From the NCBI GenBank assembly GCA_010405405.1, contig MU004231.1, forward strand, positions 3,528,401-3,592,400: 64,000 nucleotides of DNA, in the 5' to 3' direction. The position numbers and the translations under genes are program-made. The stretch is from Microthyrium microscopicum. Taxonomy: Eukaryota. How positions within the stretch are numbered: the first letter of the stretch is position 1; every line of letters starts with the position of its first letter. The notes below the pieces were generated by a model. That model searched no databases, was not told where the DNA came from, and saw only the letters and a program-made list of their open reading frames with translations. This document shows positions 51,793 to 62,719 of this stretch, piece after piece.

Positions 51793-51839
51793 TGAAGTCG
51801 AAGGAACCTGAATTATTGTATTATGTATAAACCATGACG

Positions 51840-52695
51840 TTACTGGTTTTTAGCAATCAATTCTCCATTAGTAACCACATACCATGCATCCTGAGTTGTC
51901 TGAAAGTCTTTCCACGCTCTTGAAATCCGTTGCATATCCTCCTCTTTTGCCATTCCCATGGAAACACAGTTATCATGAAACTCCGACTGTAATACTCGAT
52001 CTGCCCACATCCCTATAACCCGTTAGCTCGACATACTCATGGCCAACGAATGACTTACCAGCCCAAAAGTCCAATCCTTCCTGATCCGCATAAGTCCAAT
52101 TACTGCTAGTCACCGTAACATCACTCTGCTCAAACCCAGCCTCCCTCGCAAACTTCCTAAACATCTTTCCCGCCCCTGGATGTGTCCCCAAACGTGTCGA
52201 AATCCCCCAAAACAGCTCCCTAAACTCCACCAGCTCGGGCTTCTCCGGCCAATGTAGGAAGTCCGTCATATCCCGCACCGCCACTATCCCTCCCTTCTTC
52301 GTTACTCGCCTCATCTCCTTCAGCGCTCTGACTGGATCACCTAAATGCTGCAACACCTGATGGGCATGAACCACATCAAACGTGCCATCCGGAAAGTCGA
52401 GCGCATACACATCGCCCGTGTGGAACTCAACGTTCGCCACGCCGCTCTCTTTGGCAAGGCTCGTTGCGTCCGCGATGACAATGTCAGCGCGGTCAAGTCC
52501 AATGACGTGGCCTGAGGGCACACGGCTGGCGAGGTCAATGGTGATGTTGCCGGGCCCGCAGCCGACGTCGAGGATGGTAGTTGTTGGAGTGAGGTGTGGG
52601 ACGAGGTAGGCGGCGCTGTTTTCGACGGTGCGCCATTTGTGGGAGCGGAGAACGCTGGGATGGTGGCCGTGGGCGTATTGGGCTTCTTCTGGCAT
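51840..52695 (-). CDS. UbiE/COQ5-like class I SAM-dependent methyltransferase (~269 aa)
   Basis: Exons 52695-52059, 52012-51840. ILDVGCGPG, IGLD, GDVYALDFPDGTFDVVHAHQVLQHL, MRRVTKKGG. Confidence 0.9.
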
Positions 52696-53228
52696 GATGA
52701 GTGGTATGTGTGATAGGTGATTGAGTGGTGTTTTGGGGTCGATGATGGATGTTGCTGGAGTAAGAGGTCAGTGACTGTTTGAATTGAGCCTTAAAAAGTG
52801 ACGAAAATGAGGCTTCTTTGATCACAATTATGGGACTGCGAAGTCGGGATCTGACTATTTTATATGCATGGCTATCTATTTCTCAAACCCTTGCGTCCTC
52901 TTACAAGTAAAGACAATTAGAACCTACCTTTCAGCTAGAATGATTGTTTGGTTGCGATGTCGGAGTGATATGGAGTTCAGGAGACGGCGCAGACGATCAG
53001 GGTCCTGAGCTCTTTAAATGTTTGTTGGATCAGGCTGAAATTGGTGGAAATAGGCCGGATATAAATACTACTTATTAGGCAACACCAAAGATAGATTGTG
53101 TGGCAAATCTCGTCGACCTAAGGTACATCTATTCAGAATGCTAGAAAAACCGTAATTACTGTATTGGCACTAGAAGCAGGTTAATATACATGTGTGAAAA
53201 TACAGGGTATCATAATACGAAGAAGTCG

Positions 53229-54725
53229 TCATGAAGGTACTGATGGTTTGTGAACGGATGGTGACTTCAGATTGTTCTCAATCCAGCCGCGACCATCAAT
53301 CTCATTTTCGGGAGAGACAATGTTCTCCATGCTCCATTTCCCGAGCACGCGGATGCCTAAAGAGCTGATATGTCCAGCCTCATACATTTCGCATCCAGCC
53401 CAGCCTATCATAGCCGCATTGTCTGTACACAGAGCAATGGGTGGAGCGCAAATTTCGATGTGACCAAATCCTCTAGCTCTGAGGAGTTGTTGAATGACAT
53501 AACGCAAGAATTTGTTGGAAGCGACTCCACCACTAAGGACTAAGGTCTTGGAAGGCGAACTACCATGGCTCTTCTCTTCTTCTAGAGCGAGAACAATTCG
53601 ACTCGCAATTTGCCCAAAGGCAACTTTCATGGTTTCTTGCGCTAAACACCGAGCTTCGGCCTCTGGCATAAGGCTCGTTCGATTTTGCTTGCTCCATTTT
53701 GACAGCGCTTTATCCCATCCTCGCTCAGCGATTCTCTGGGCTTGAGATTCAATTCCCGTGAAGCTGAACTCGGGTATGTTGAGCCTTGATCCTGCTCGAG
53801 AGATGGCGAGTGGGAGAGTAATATACCACCCATAGGACGTTGGACGCTTTGCTCGAGCTCTCTCTTCCGAAAGTGATTTTGGCGGATCGTAAGAGTAATC
53901 GGACGACCCATTAGGAAAGGCGAACTTTTCTAGGATAGGGCCGTATGATGGAGTTTTACTGGATGCTATGAGCTCCTCAGGAAGCAGAAATCGGCCGATC
54001 TTGTCAAGACAGTCTCCAATTGCATAATCTCCCGTGTTTGCTAGGATCTTATGGGTTACAAGATCCTCCGACCTTACGAGTAGTGTGTGGCCGCCCGAGA
54101 CAAGAAGTGACAGAAATGGGAATTCTGGCTTGGGCGATAGGTTGGTGTTTGGAAAGTCTGCCTTCCCTGGCAACTCAGCATCCAATGCATTAACAAGCCT
54201 GGATGTCAAAGCATGGGCTTGCATATGATGTACTCCGACAAGAGGAACCTGCCACGCGACTGAAAGTCCTTTTGCTGTATGTAGTCCAGTATTCAGACTT
54301 GTCCGCATTCCGGGTCCTCGAGTGACTGAAATGAAATCCGGAGCTTTTCTCAGCGAGCTCGAACCATCCTTTTCAGATATTTCAATGCATCTTGTCGAAG
54401 AATTGTAGCCGTTCGCAGGGATCGCAGGACGTGGGAGGTATGGCAAGGCTTGATTAAGCAGTCCAGCAAGTGTTTTCTCGTGGCCTTCGAGGGCAACTAT
54501 TGGATGGATGCCAAGCAGAGGACCTTGATCCGCTGTTATCCGCTGATTGAAATGTAGACGGGCAGCTGCGCCGTTCTTCTCGACTATTGCGACGGCAGTA
54601 TCGTCACAGCTGGTTTCGATTGCAAGAGTAAGGAGACCACGGCGCCGAATGGCGGAGGATATCGTTTGGACCAGAGTCCTGTGAAAGGCATAATGAGATG
54701 TCTGAGAGAGACGATAAAGCTTCAT
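53229..54725 (-). CDS. QRI7: Mitochondrial tRNA N6-threonylcarbamoyltransferase (Qri7/TsaD), ~498 aa
   Basis: Single ORF, ATG at 54725. Basic mitochondrial-type leader, LAIETSCDDT, VTRGPG, VHHMQAH, LLVSGGHT, FSFTG, SGGVASN, CTDNAAMIGW. Confidence 0.93.
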   Translation of the reverse strand: MKLYRLSQTSHYAFHRTLVQTISSAIRRRGLLTLAIETSCDDTAVAIVEKNGAAARLHFNQRITADQGPLLGIHPIVALEGHEKTLAGLLNQALPYLPRPAIPANGYNSSTRCIEISEKDGSSSLRKAPDFISVTRGPGMRTSLNTGLHTAKGLSVAWQVPLVGVHHMQAHALTSRLVNALDAELPGKADFPNTNLSPKPEFPFLSLLVSGGHTLLVRSEDLVTHKILANTGDYAIGDCLDKIGRFLLPEELIASSKTPSYGPILEKFAFPNGSSDYSYDPPKSLSEERARAKRPTSYGWYITLPLAISRAGSRLNIPEFSFTGIESQAQRIAERGWDKALSKWSKQNRTSLMPEAEARCLAQETMKVAFGQIASRIVLALEEEKSHGSSPSKTLVLSGGVASNKFLRYVIQQLLRARGFGHIEICAPPIALCTDNAAMIGWAGCEMYEAGHISSLGIRVLGKWSMENIVSPENEIDGRGWIENNLKSPSVHKPSVPS

Positions 54726-54856
54726 CAAACGCTTGCAGTATCTATCGTGAAGATTGAATCAAGCAATTGCGACTGTGATACCTGATACCTGATACTGTAC
54801 TTTTCACAGCTGCCCCTGCCGTCCATAAAACTGGACTCGGACTTATCTCAGTTCTC

Positions 54857-54902
54857 AGACCCTAACCCTACCCGTCCGCGGGCTCCCTCCGTAGGAGGGT
54901 CT
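54857..54902. other. GC-rich inverted-repeat segment at the euchromatin/RIP boundary; probable transposon terminus
   Basis: AGACCCT (54857-63) is complementary to AGGGTCT (54896-902). Internal CCCTCC-GTA-GGAGGG and CCCG-TCCG-CGGG stems. Includes CCCTAACCCTA. Confidence 0.45.
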
Positions 54903-55399
54903 AAGGCTAACTTGGATCTTTTTAGTATGACGCGCTTCGTAGTTATTAGTAAATACCTATATTATTATAATTATGTCCTTACTACTAATATATAAATATT
55001 TTTAATAATTCTACTATTATTATAATTACTATCTTTTTCTTTATTAATTCTATAAATTATATCTCTTATTAGAAATACGCATTATAGAGAAGAGTCTTAT
55101 AGAGATAACCTAATTTCTATATAAGCTAGGTATACCTCTCTTTAGTAATAATAGTAATAAAGATAGATTTATCTCTATAATAATAAAGACTCTATATTTA
55201 TATATCTCTAGTAATATAATAACTATAATAGATTCTATAAATACCTTAAGTAGGATTTAATATAAGCCTAATAATACTAAACTATTAGGTTATTTATAAT
55301 TAGTAATAATAATAATACTATAGTAAAGCCTAAACTTAGTTAAATAAAAGCTTACTTTAATACTAAAATATATTTAAGATTAAAAGATAACTATAAAAT

Positions 55400-57490
55400 C
55401 GTTTTTTCTATTATAGGCTAGCTAAAAAGATACTTATAGTAATATTATTCTTAATAGTAACCTATATATTAACGTTATTACTTACTATAAGCTTTTAAAG
55501 GACGTTATAGAAGAGTTATTAAGTAATAGAATTTTACTAAAGTATTATATAGATTTTAGACTATAGGTAGAGTTTTATACCCTTATAAAACTTATAAGCT
55601 TTAACTACTTTAGTAGTAAAGTAGATAATATAAATATTAACTTTAAGAAAGCTATTAAGAAGATAAGAAATACTATACTTATTTAGATAGCTTTCTTTTA
55701 TAAACTTATATATAATTAAAATTATAAAATATATAAATAGAGTAATAAGCTAAGATAGAAGCTTATATATATAATTATAATAATTATTTTTTATTAGTAG
55801 AGTAGAGAGATAAATAACTATTTAGTAGTAATACTTAGAGTCTATCTACTTAGGTTAGATATAAAGAGATAAATTATAGACTTACTAGTAGCTCTTAAAG
55901 TATATACTAGTTATAAGACTATACTAAGATATATAAAAAAGGTTTTAAGATAAGCCTTAGTATATAATAGTACTATACTTAGTATTAAATATAAAATCTT
56001 ATAAAATCTTTAAATATATTATAAAATTTTTATATATCTTATAATATCTTTATATATATTATAAGATCTTTATATATTTTATAAGATCTTTAAAAATCTT
56101 AAGTTTATAACCTTAAAAAACCTTATATATTACTAATACCTAATATATAAAGAAATATTAGATAATATATACTAAACCGTTAGGCTATCCTATATTATAA
56201 TAATATAAACTTTATATTTTATAAGTATAATAAGATAGTAGGTAATATTATAAGTATAGTAGCTATTACTACTACTATTATTATAATCTATTTATTTTTA
56301 CTTCTAAGAGGACTAATATAAGATATATATAATCTAATAAAGGAGTTTAACTAGAAATTAATATAGAAAGGCCTATTAGTAAAGGCTAATAGCTAAGAAG
56401 GTAAATATATTAAAACTATTAGCTAGTACCTTATTATAAATACTTTAAAACGTAGTATTCTAGATATTATTAAACTTTAGATTATAAAGTATAAAAAGGA
56501 TAAACACTAGCCTAGTATACTAAATATTAATATACTTATACTATATAAAATAAAGTTTAATTAACTTAGTACTATTATAAAGAATAAAGAAATAATAAAT
56601 AGTACTTACTAAGTATATAATAAAATTTTCTTATAATATTTTAGCTTCTTAAAACCTCTAATTAATAATATAGAAGATATAGCCTTATTATTAGATATTA
56701 TAGCGTCTATTTTATTCTCTTTACCTAATTCTAGACTAGATGCCTCTTTATCTAGTATAGCCTATTTATCTTTTAGCTAAATATATAGTAAGAGTTTATC
56801 TATCTATTATATTTCTAGCTAGGACGGATCTAACGTAGATATATTTAAGAATATATCCTTATCTAGCAGCGGCCCTAAAGATAATAACTATAATAATAAC
56901 TATAATAATAAGTAGATTAATATTAAAGATAATAATATAAGTAAGTTTAATAATAGTAAAATAGAAGAAGCGTCTAATAAAGAAGGTAGTATAAACATTA
57001 AGTCTATTAATAATATAAGTATATTTCCTAATCCTAGACGTAGTATTCCTCTAGTAGATTCTATACTAGTATTATTATTTAGTATCTTAAATATAGTTAG
57101 TAATAAAAACTCTACTAATAGTTTATAAGCATTAGATCTAAGTACTAAAATCTTTAGAAAGAGGCTATTTCTTATTTATAATAATTAGTTAAGTATAAAG
57201 ATTAATTACTCTATTAAGGCTAAGGCATTTAATAAAATATAACTATATAATTTAAGGAAGTTCTTTTATTTAGTTTTTAGGTAGTTCTATATATATATAA
57301 ACTACTTCTTCTATATTATTTAAACCTATTAGGATTCCTCTAAGGTTAATATACTAGCTTTATATTCTATTATATATAATATTAGTATAGAAGCATTATT
57401 ATACTAAAAGATTAATTTCTTAGAATTATTCTATAAAACTATTATTATTAGATTCTTCTTATTAAGACTATTATAATAGTATAACTTTTA
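55400..57490 (+). mobile_element. RIP-inactivated DUF6589-like (AcademH-type) DNA transposase relic
   Basis: De-RIP reading gives N.LAAMLGVYL.G..RQIIDLL..L.V.TSY (~55815-55915), Y[D]NINF (56196-56213), [GDQ]LS (57180-57194) and PVF[GW]F[H]..[M]N (57270-57302). The last three share one frame. Confidence 0.6.
55991..56100 (+). repeat. 10-bp-period degenerate minisatellite (ATAARATCTT-like, 11 units), probably intronic within the transposase
   Basis: Consecutive 10-mers ataaaatctt, ataaaatctt, taaatatatt, ataaaatttt, tatatatctt ... ataagatctt, taaaaatctt. Confidence 0.75.
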
Positions 57491-57499
57491 ACTAGACGT

Positions 57500-60400
57500 A
57501 AGCAATAGCTAGCACTATAGAGATAGATAAAGATTTATAGTAGATAGCTATTATTACTATAGAGGCTACTTACATTAAAAATAAGGCAATATAGAAACGA
57601 AAAGATAACCTAAAACTACTACTTATAAGAGTATAGAGAGAAATTAAAGTACTATTAGGAAGACTTATATCTAAAGAAGAGAATCTAATATAACTATTCC
57701 TTAACTAGCTAATAGCTAATTTTATATAATATTATACATTCTTTGTTATAATATAAGACTATATTAAATAACTAGTATTCTACCTAGCTCTAACTATAAA
57801 TAAGGCCCCTTTACTAACGCGCTTTAAGGCGCATCTTAACTAAAAACTTAATATAATTATAAAGTAGATTACTAAGATTAAAATAACTCCTAACTCCTAA
57901 GTAAAAGTTATAAAAGGACCTAACCTACTAATCCCTAACTAAAGAGCCTCCTTTATAAGCCTAATAGTCTAAATTAATATTATAAAAGTAGTTAAAAATA
58001 TATTAAAGGAAGATAAGTAAAATAGAGTAAAGTTATTTAAAAAGATTAAAGAAATTATTCTATAGATAATAGCTATTAAGCTACTACCTAGCAAGAATAT
58101 TAATATTATAATTAATACATAATTAGATAAAGACTATATCTAAAATAGGCTACGCTAAGTAGGCTTAGATAAGGTTTAAGTCTTATAATAAGACTATTTA
58201 GTAGAGATCTTAAGGGCTCTACTTAAATTAAACGTAGCCTATAGTAAGAATATAAATAATAACAAACTAATTAAAGAACTAGTTAATAGAAATAAGATAA
58301 AGTTTAAATACTTAAAGATAAGAGTAGTTTAATAGCTTTATAGAAGTATAGAGTATAAATAAATAAAAAAAGAACTAGAAAAGCATAAAAAAATACGTAC
58401 TAAGGGATTACTTATATTATACTACCTAATAATAGTAATAAAAGATAAGGTTATCTAGAAAAAGTTTATTATTAGAGTAAAGGAGCTCTTTACTAGATTA
58501 TATAACCTAAAATATATTACTAAATAATACTTCTATTATTAAGTCTAGAGCTATATATAAATAGCTTATACTTAATATAAACTAAACTATAGCAAATATA
58601 TAAGTAATTATAATACTAGGGACTATACTAAGATAAGCTTAGTCTAGTACTCTAATTATAAAAATAATAAGAAAGAAAGTAGGAGAGAGAAAGAGTAAGG
58701 CTAAGGATATTATATATAGTAAAAGAATATATATAAAGTATACTAAACCTACTTTAAGAATATAAAAGAATTTTAGGTAGTAAATAAAAGATATATAGAA
58801 TAGATAAAAGCTATAATACCTATCTAAATTATACTAATCTAGCTTATAGATAATAATAAATATACTATAGTAAATAGTATAAAGAAAAGAAAAATAAGAA
58901 CTAAGAACCTTAGAAGACTATTAGTATTATAAAAAGTAAAGAATAAGATATATAATAATCTAGTCTAGGGTACTTAGAGATTAATTATAAGTATATTTAA
59001 CTTTAATAGAGGTAATAATAGCTTATAAATTATAAGAAATAGCGCCTTAAAAGACTAATAAAGAAATAACTATAAGAAAGTAAGATAAGCTATAAATAAC
59101 CCTAGGCTAACCTCTAATAATAAAATAAGTAGAATCTAAATAATAAACTTAAATAAATAGTATTAATATTATATAATATAACTATAAAAGATTAAATAAA
59201 AGAAAAGTAAAGCTATTCTTTAATTTACTAGATAATACTAAGTAACTAATTATAGTAGTTTAAGACTCTAGAAGAATTATAAAGTTAGGGGAAATATACT
59301 ACCCTCCTAGCTATACTCTAATATATAACTAAGATAATTAATTAAAAGTATACTTTATAATAAGTAAGGTACTTAATATAAGGAACTAGTAAGTAAAATA
59401 TTATAATTAATTTGTCTTAATACTATGCCTTTAGTATAAGTATATAATATTAATAATTATTAATATATATAGTAAAGGCTTAGTAATAAGTAATTATAAC
59501 TATATTACTAAACGCCTAATACTAATAAAGATAATTAATAAGGCAAAAGAAGAGATCTTATTAGTAGAAGACTTTAACTATTATTACTATTAATAAAAAG
59601 GCATAGTATTAGCTACTAAACCCTAAGTAAATATTTTACTTTATAATATAATTTAATAAAGACTTTACCTAGATATACTAAAAAGAGAGCTAATTTATAG
59701 ATTGCATAAGGAAAAGAAAGTAGGAGTAGTAAAAATAGTAATTAACCTTATATTTATATCTTAATTTCTTTAAGAAAGACTAAAGTTCTATAACCTAGTT
59801 AATACCTAGGTATTAATAGAAGATTATATCCTAGTACTAATTTAGCTTACTCTAAAATAAGAGAAGTATATACTAAAAGTATAGTATAATATATAAAAAC
59901 TAGATATAAAATAATTTATTAAATATATAAATAATAGCTTATAAGATACTAAAAATATACTAATAGAGGCTCTATATAGAGTAATAATAGAAGTACTAGA
60001 GATTTACTACCTAAAAGTAAAACTCTTAAAGTAAGCTTTATATAGGTAGTTACCTATAACTACTCTACTAATATAGAGAAAGCACTATATAAGAAAAAGA
60101 TACCTTTAGATAGAAAATAATTAGAATAAGTATATATATAAATTAGTTATAGCTTAGCTAAGAAAATCTCTACGCTAAGATAAAGTAATATCCTAGCGAA
60201 CCTTTATAAGAAAGATTATAAAAAATTATAAGCACTATAAGAACTAAGGCTTATAGAGAATAAGTAAGTAAATAAAAGCTAAAGTAGGTAAACTAAAGGA
60301 AGACTTATACCTACTAATACTTAGATAGATAACTAGTAATAACTATACTTATAATAACTAAGGTAAGGTAAATATACTATCTATAAAGTTCTTTTCTTAA

Positions 60401-62700
60401 ACTAGGGTAGCAAACCTAAGTAATATAAAAGATACTATTCTACTCTTAAAACTAGAAATAGACTATAAGATAATAGTAAAAGAAATAAATTACGTAATTA
60501 GTAGCCTCTTAAATTATAAGGTAATAGGACCTATTAATATACTAAATAAAGTCCTAAAGGCTCTTAGGCTTAAGGCGTAGCCTAAAAAGAAGAATAATAA
60601 TCTAAAACTAACAAAATTTAGTAAAAGACTAGTACCTATAATTAGTAAAATACTAATAAGTAATATAATCTTAGAATGCTTAAAGTAATTCTATATACTA
60701 GTACTAAAAAAGCTAAGTAAGAAAGACTACTTACTACTATTAGCCTATTAGCTAATTACTCTTAAGAATACTATAGTAAAGTTAGTTAAAAAGATTATTA
60801 CTAATAGACTTACCTAACTTATAAAAGATAATAATCTACTACCCTAGAACTAAATAAAGGCTAGAGCAGAATAATTAACGCTAATAGTAATATAGCTCTT
60901 AAAGAGTACTATTAAGGTAGCATAGAAAGAAAATATAAAAGCTATAGTATTAGTACTTAGTCTTAACTTTTAAGAAGTATATAATAATATTAATCTAAAG
61001 AGACTTCTTTATATCTTAGAGATAAAGAAAGTCCCCTAGTAGCTAATTAATATAGTAATAAGCTTTACTACTAATTATATAACCTAAATTATATTTGCTA
61101 GGCACTAGAGCCTAGTAATAATAACTAATATAAGAATTCTCTAAGGATCTTTTTTCTTACTTATCCTCTTCCTCTTTTTTATATTAGAACTACTAAAATA
61201 CTTCTAAGACATAAGTAATAATATCTTTAGATTTAGATTTATAGATAATACTATATTAGTTATATAAGATAATACTACTTAAAAAAACTATATAAGATTA
61301 AAAGAAGCTTACTAGAAGTATACTAACTAGGTAAATAGATATAGTATAAAGTTTACTCTTAATAAGTACTAAGTAATATACTTTACTTAGAATATTTACT
61401 ACCTAGAAGTAGACTTATAATCTATAGTAATAGTAAATAGTATATTTACTAAGCTTATATTAAAGAGTATTAGAGTACTAGGTATATAAGTAAATAGAAG
61501 AATAAATTAGAAAGACTATATTAAAAAGACTAGAACTAAAGGATTTAAGCAAGTAGTAGTACTTTTAAGAATAGTATAGTTAAGATAAAGACTAGTTTTT
61601 AAAAAGATAAAGCTTCTTTATATAGTAGTTATTAGGCTAACCCTTATATATAGAGTATAAATATAGAGTCTAGAATTACTATTCCTTAAGATACTAAAAG
61701 ATTATTATAAACTACTAGTAATAGTTTAGAATGATATACTCTATAAGATAATAAGAAAATACTAAAGAACTTCTATTACTTTATTAAATAAAGAAATAAG
61801 AGTTAAACTACTCTAGATAAACGCTATAGTTTTAGTAGAGAAATATACTAATAAGAATAAAGACTTAATAGTAATATAAAAGATAAGCAAAATTATTACT
61901 AAAGTATACTAAGTAAACCTTCTAAGAAACTAGAGAATATTTCCTTAGTAGTAATAACTAAGAAGCTTAGTAATACTTAAACTAGTATAGATATACGTAA
62001 TTAAGATTATAGCTTAAGGAGTTAATATACTAAAGTAATAAAAGAAGAAATTAGAGATAAAGTAGAAGTAAGATACTAACTATAAGTAAGTAATATAACT
62101 AATAAATAGCATACTATAAAAGAAAAAGAAAATAAAAACTAAACTAGAGTTAAAGATATCCCTAATTAGAGTATATTACTATAAGCTCTAGATAAATACT
62201 TAAGTATAGCTTATAAGGACGTAGTAGCATACTACTATAGTATAGAGAATATTATAAAGTAACTAACTAATTAAGCTTTATAATAGTCTTAATAAAGTAT
62301 AAGTAATAGTGCTCTTCTTTATATAATTAAAAGTTATTAGACTTAATAATTAGCTATATAGCGTATAGGTACTAATAGTCTCCCTACTATAATACCTATA
62401 TAGTTACTAGTAATAAATAGTTTACTATATATTACTAAACTACTTATAATATTATAAAGAAAGATTACTAAAATAAGTAATAATACTAAATAAGGCCTAT
62501 ATACTCTCTAATCTAAAGAATACTTAAGTAGCAGCTAGATAGCTACTAAAAAGTAAAGCTCTTTAGTAATTTAGGCTAACTAAAAAGATTATAGAAATAA
62601 ACCTTAAAGTACGTAGAGAATTACTAAGACTTAAAGATTCTATAAATAACTAACTATAATACTATAGTACTAATAGGCTAGTAATATATAATTATAAAGG
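57500..62700 (+). mobile_element. RIP-inactivated non-LTR retrotransposon (LINE, Tad1 clade): gag-like ORF1 plus APE-RT ORF2
   Basis: ORF1 has S[W]A.V (~57895) and three CCHC knuckles (~58522-58735) in one frame. ORF2 has I.[Q]YN[C] (59168), [G]DFN (59567), RT motifs [Y]RPIALEN (~60750), [G]I[PQ]GS (61133), F[V]D[D] (61238) and C-terminal [CPCG]...[HH]....[C] (~62393-62445), all in one frame. Confidence 0.88.
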
Positions 62701-62719
62701 AAATAACTAAGTCTAGGAA

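Noticed and set aside
42303..52695. Secondary metabolite gene cluster (TF, dehydrogenase, methyltransferase)
   Set aside because: No backbone enzyme (PKS, NRPS, terpene synthase) and interspersed with housekeeping genes.
54860..54873. CCCTAA repeat as a true telomere or chromosome fusion scar
   Set aside because: Fewer than two perfect units, internal, and compatible with chance or a TE end.
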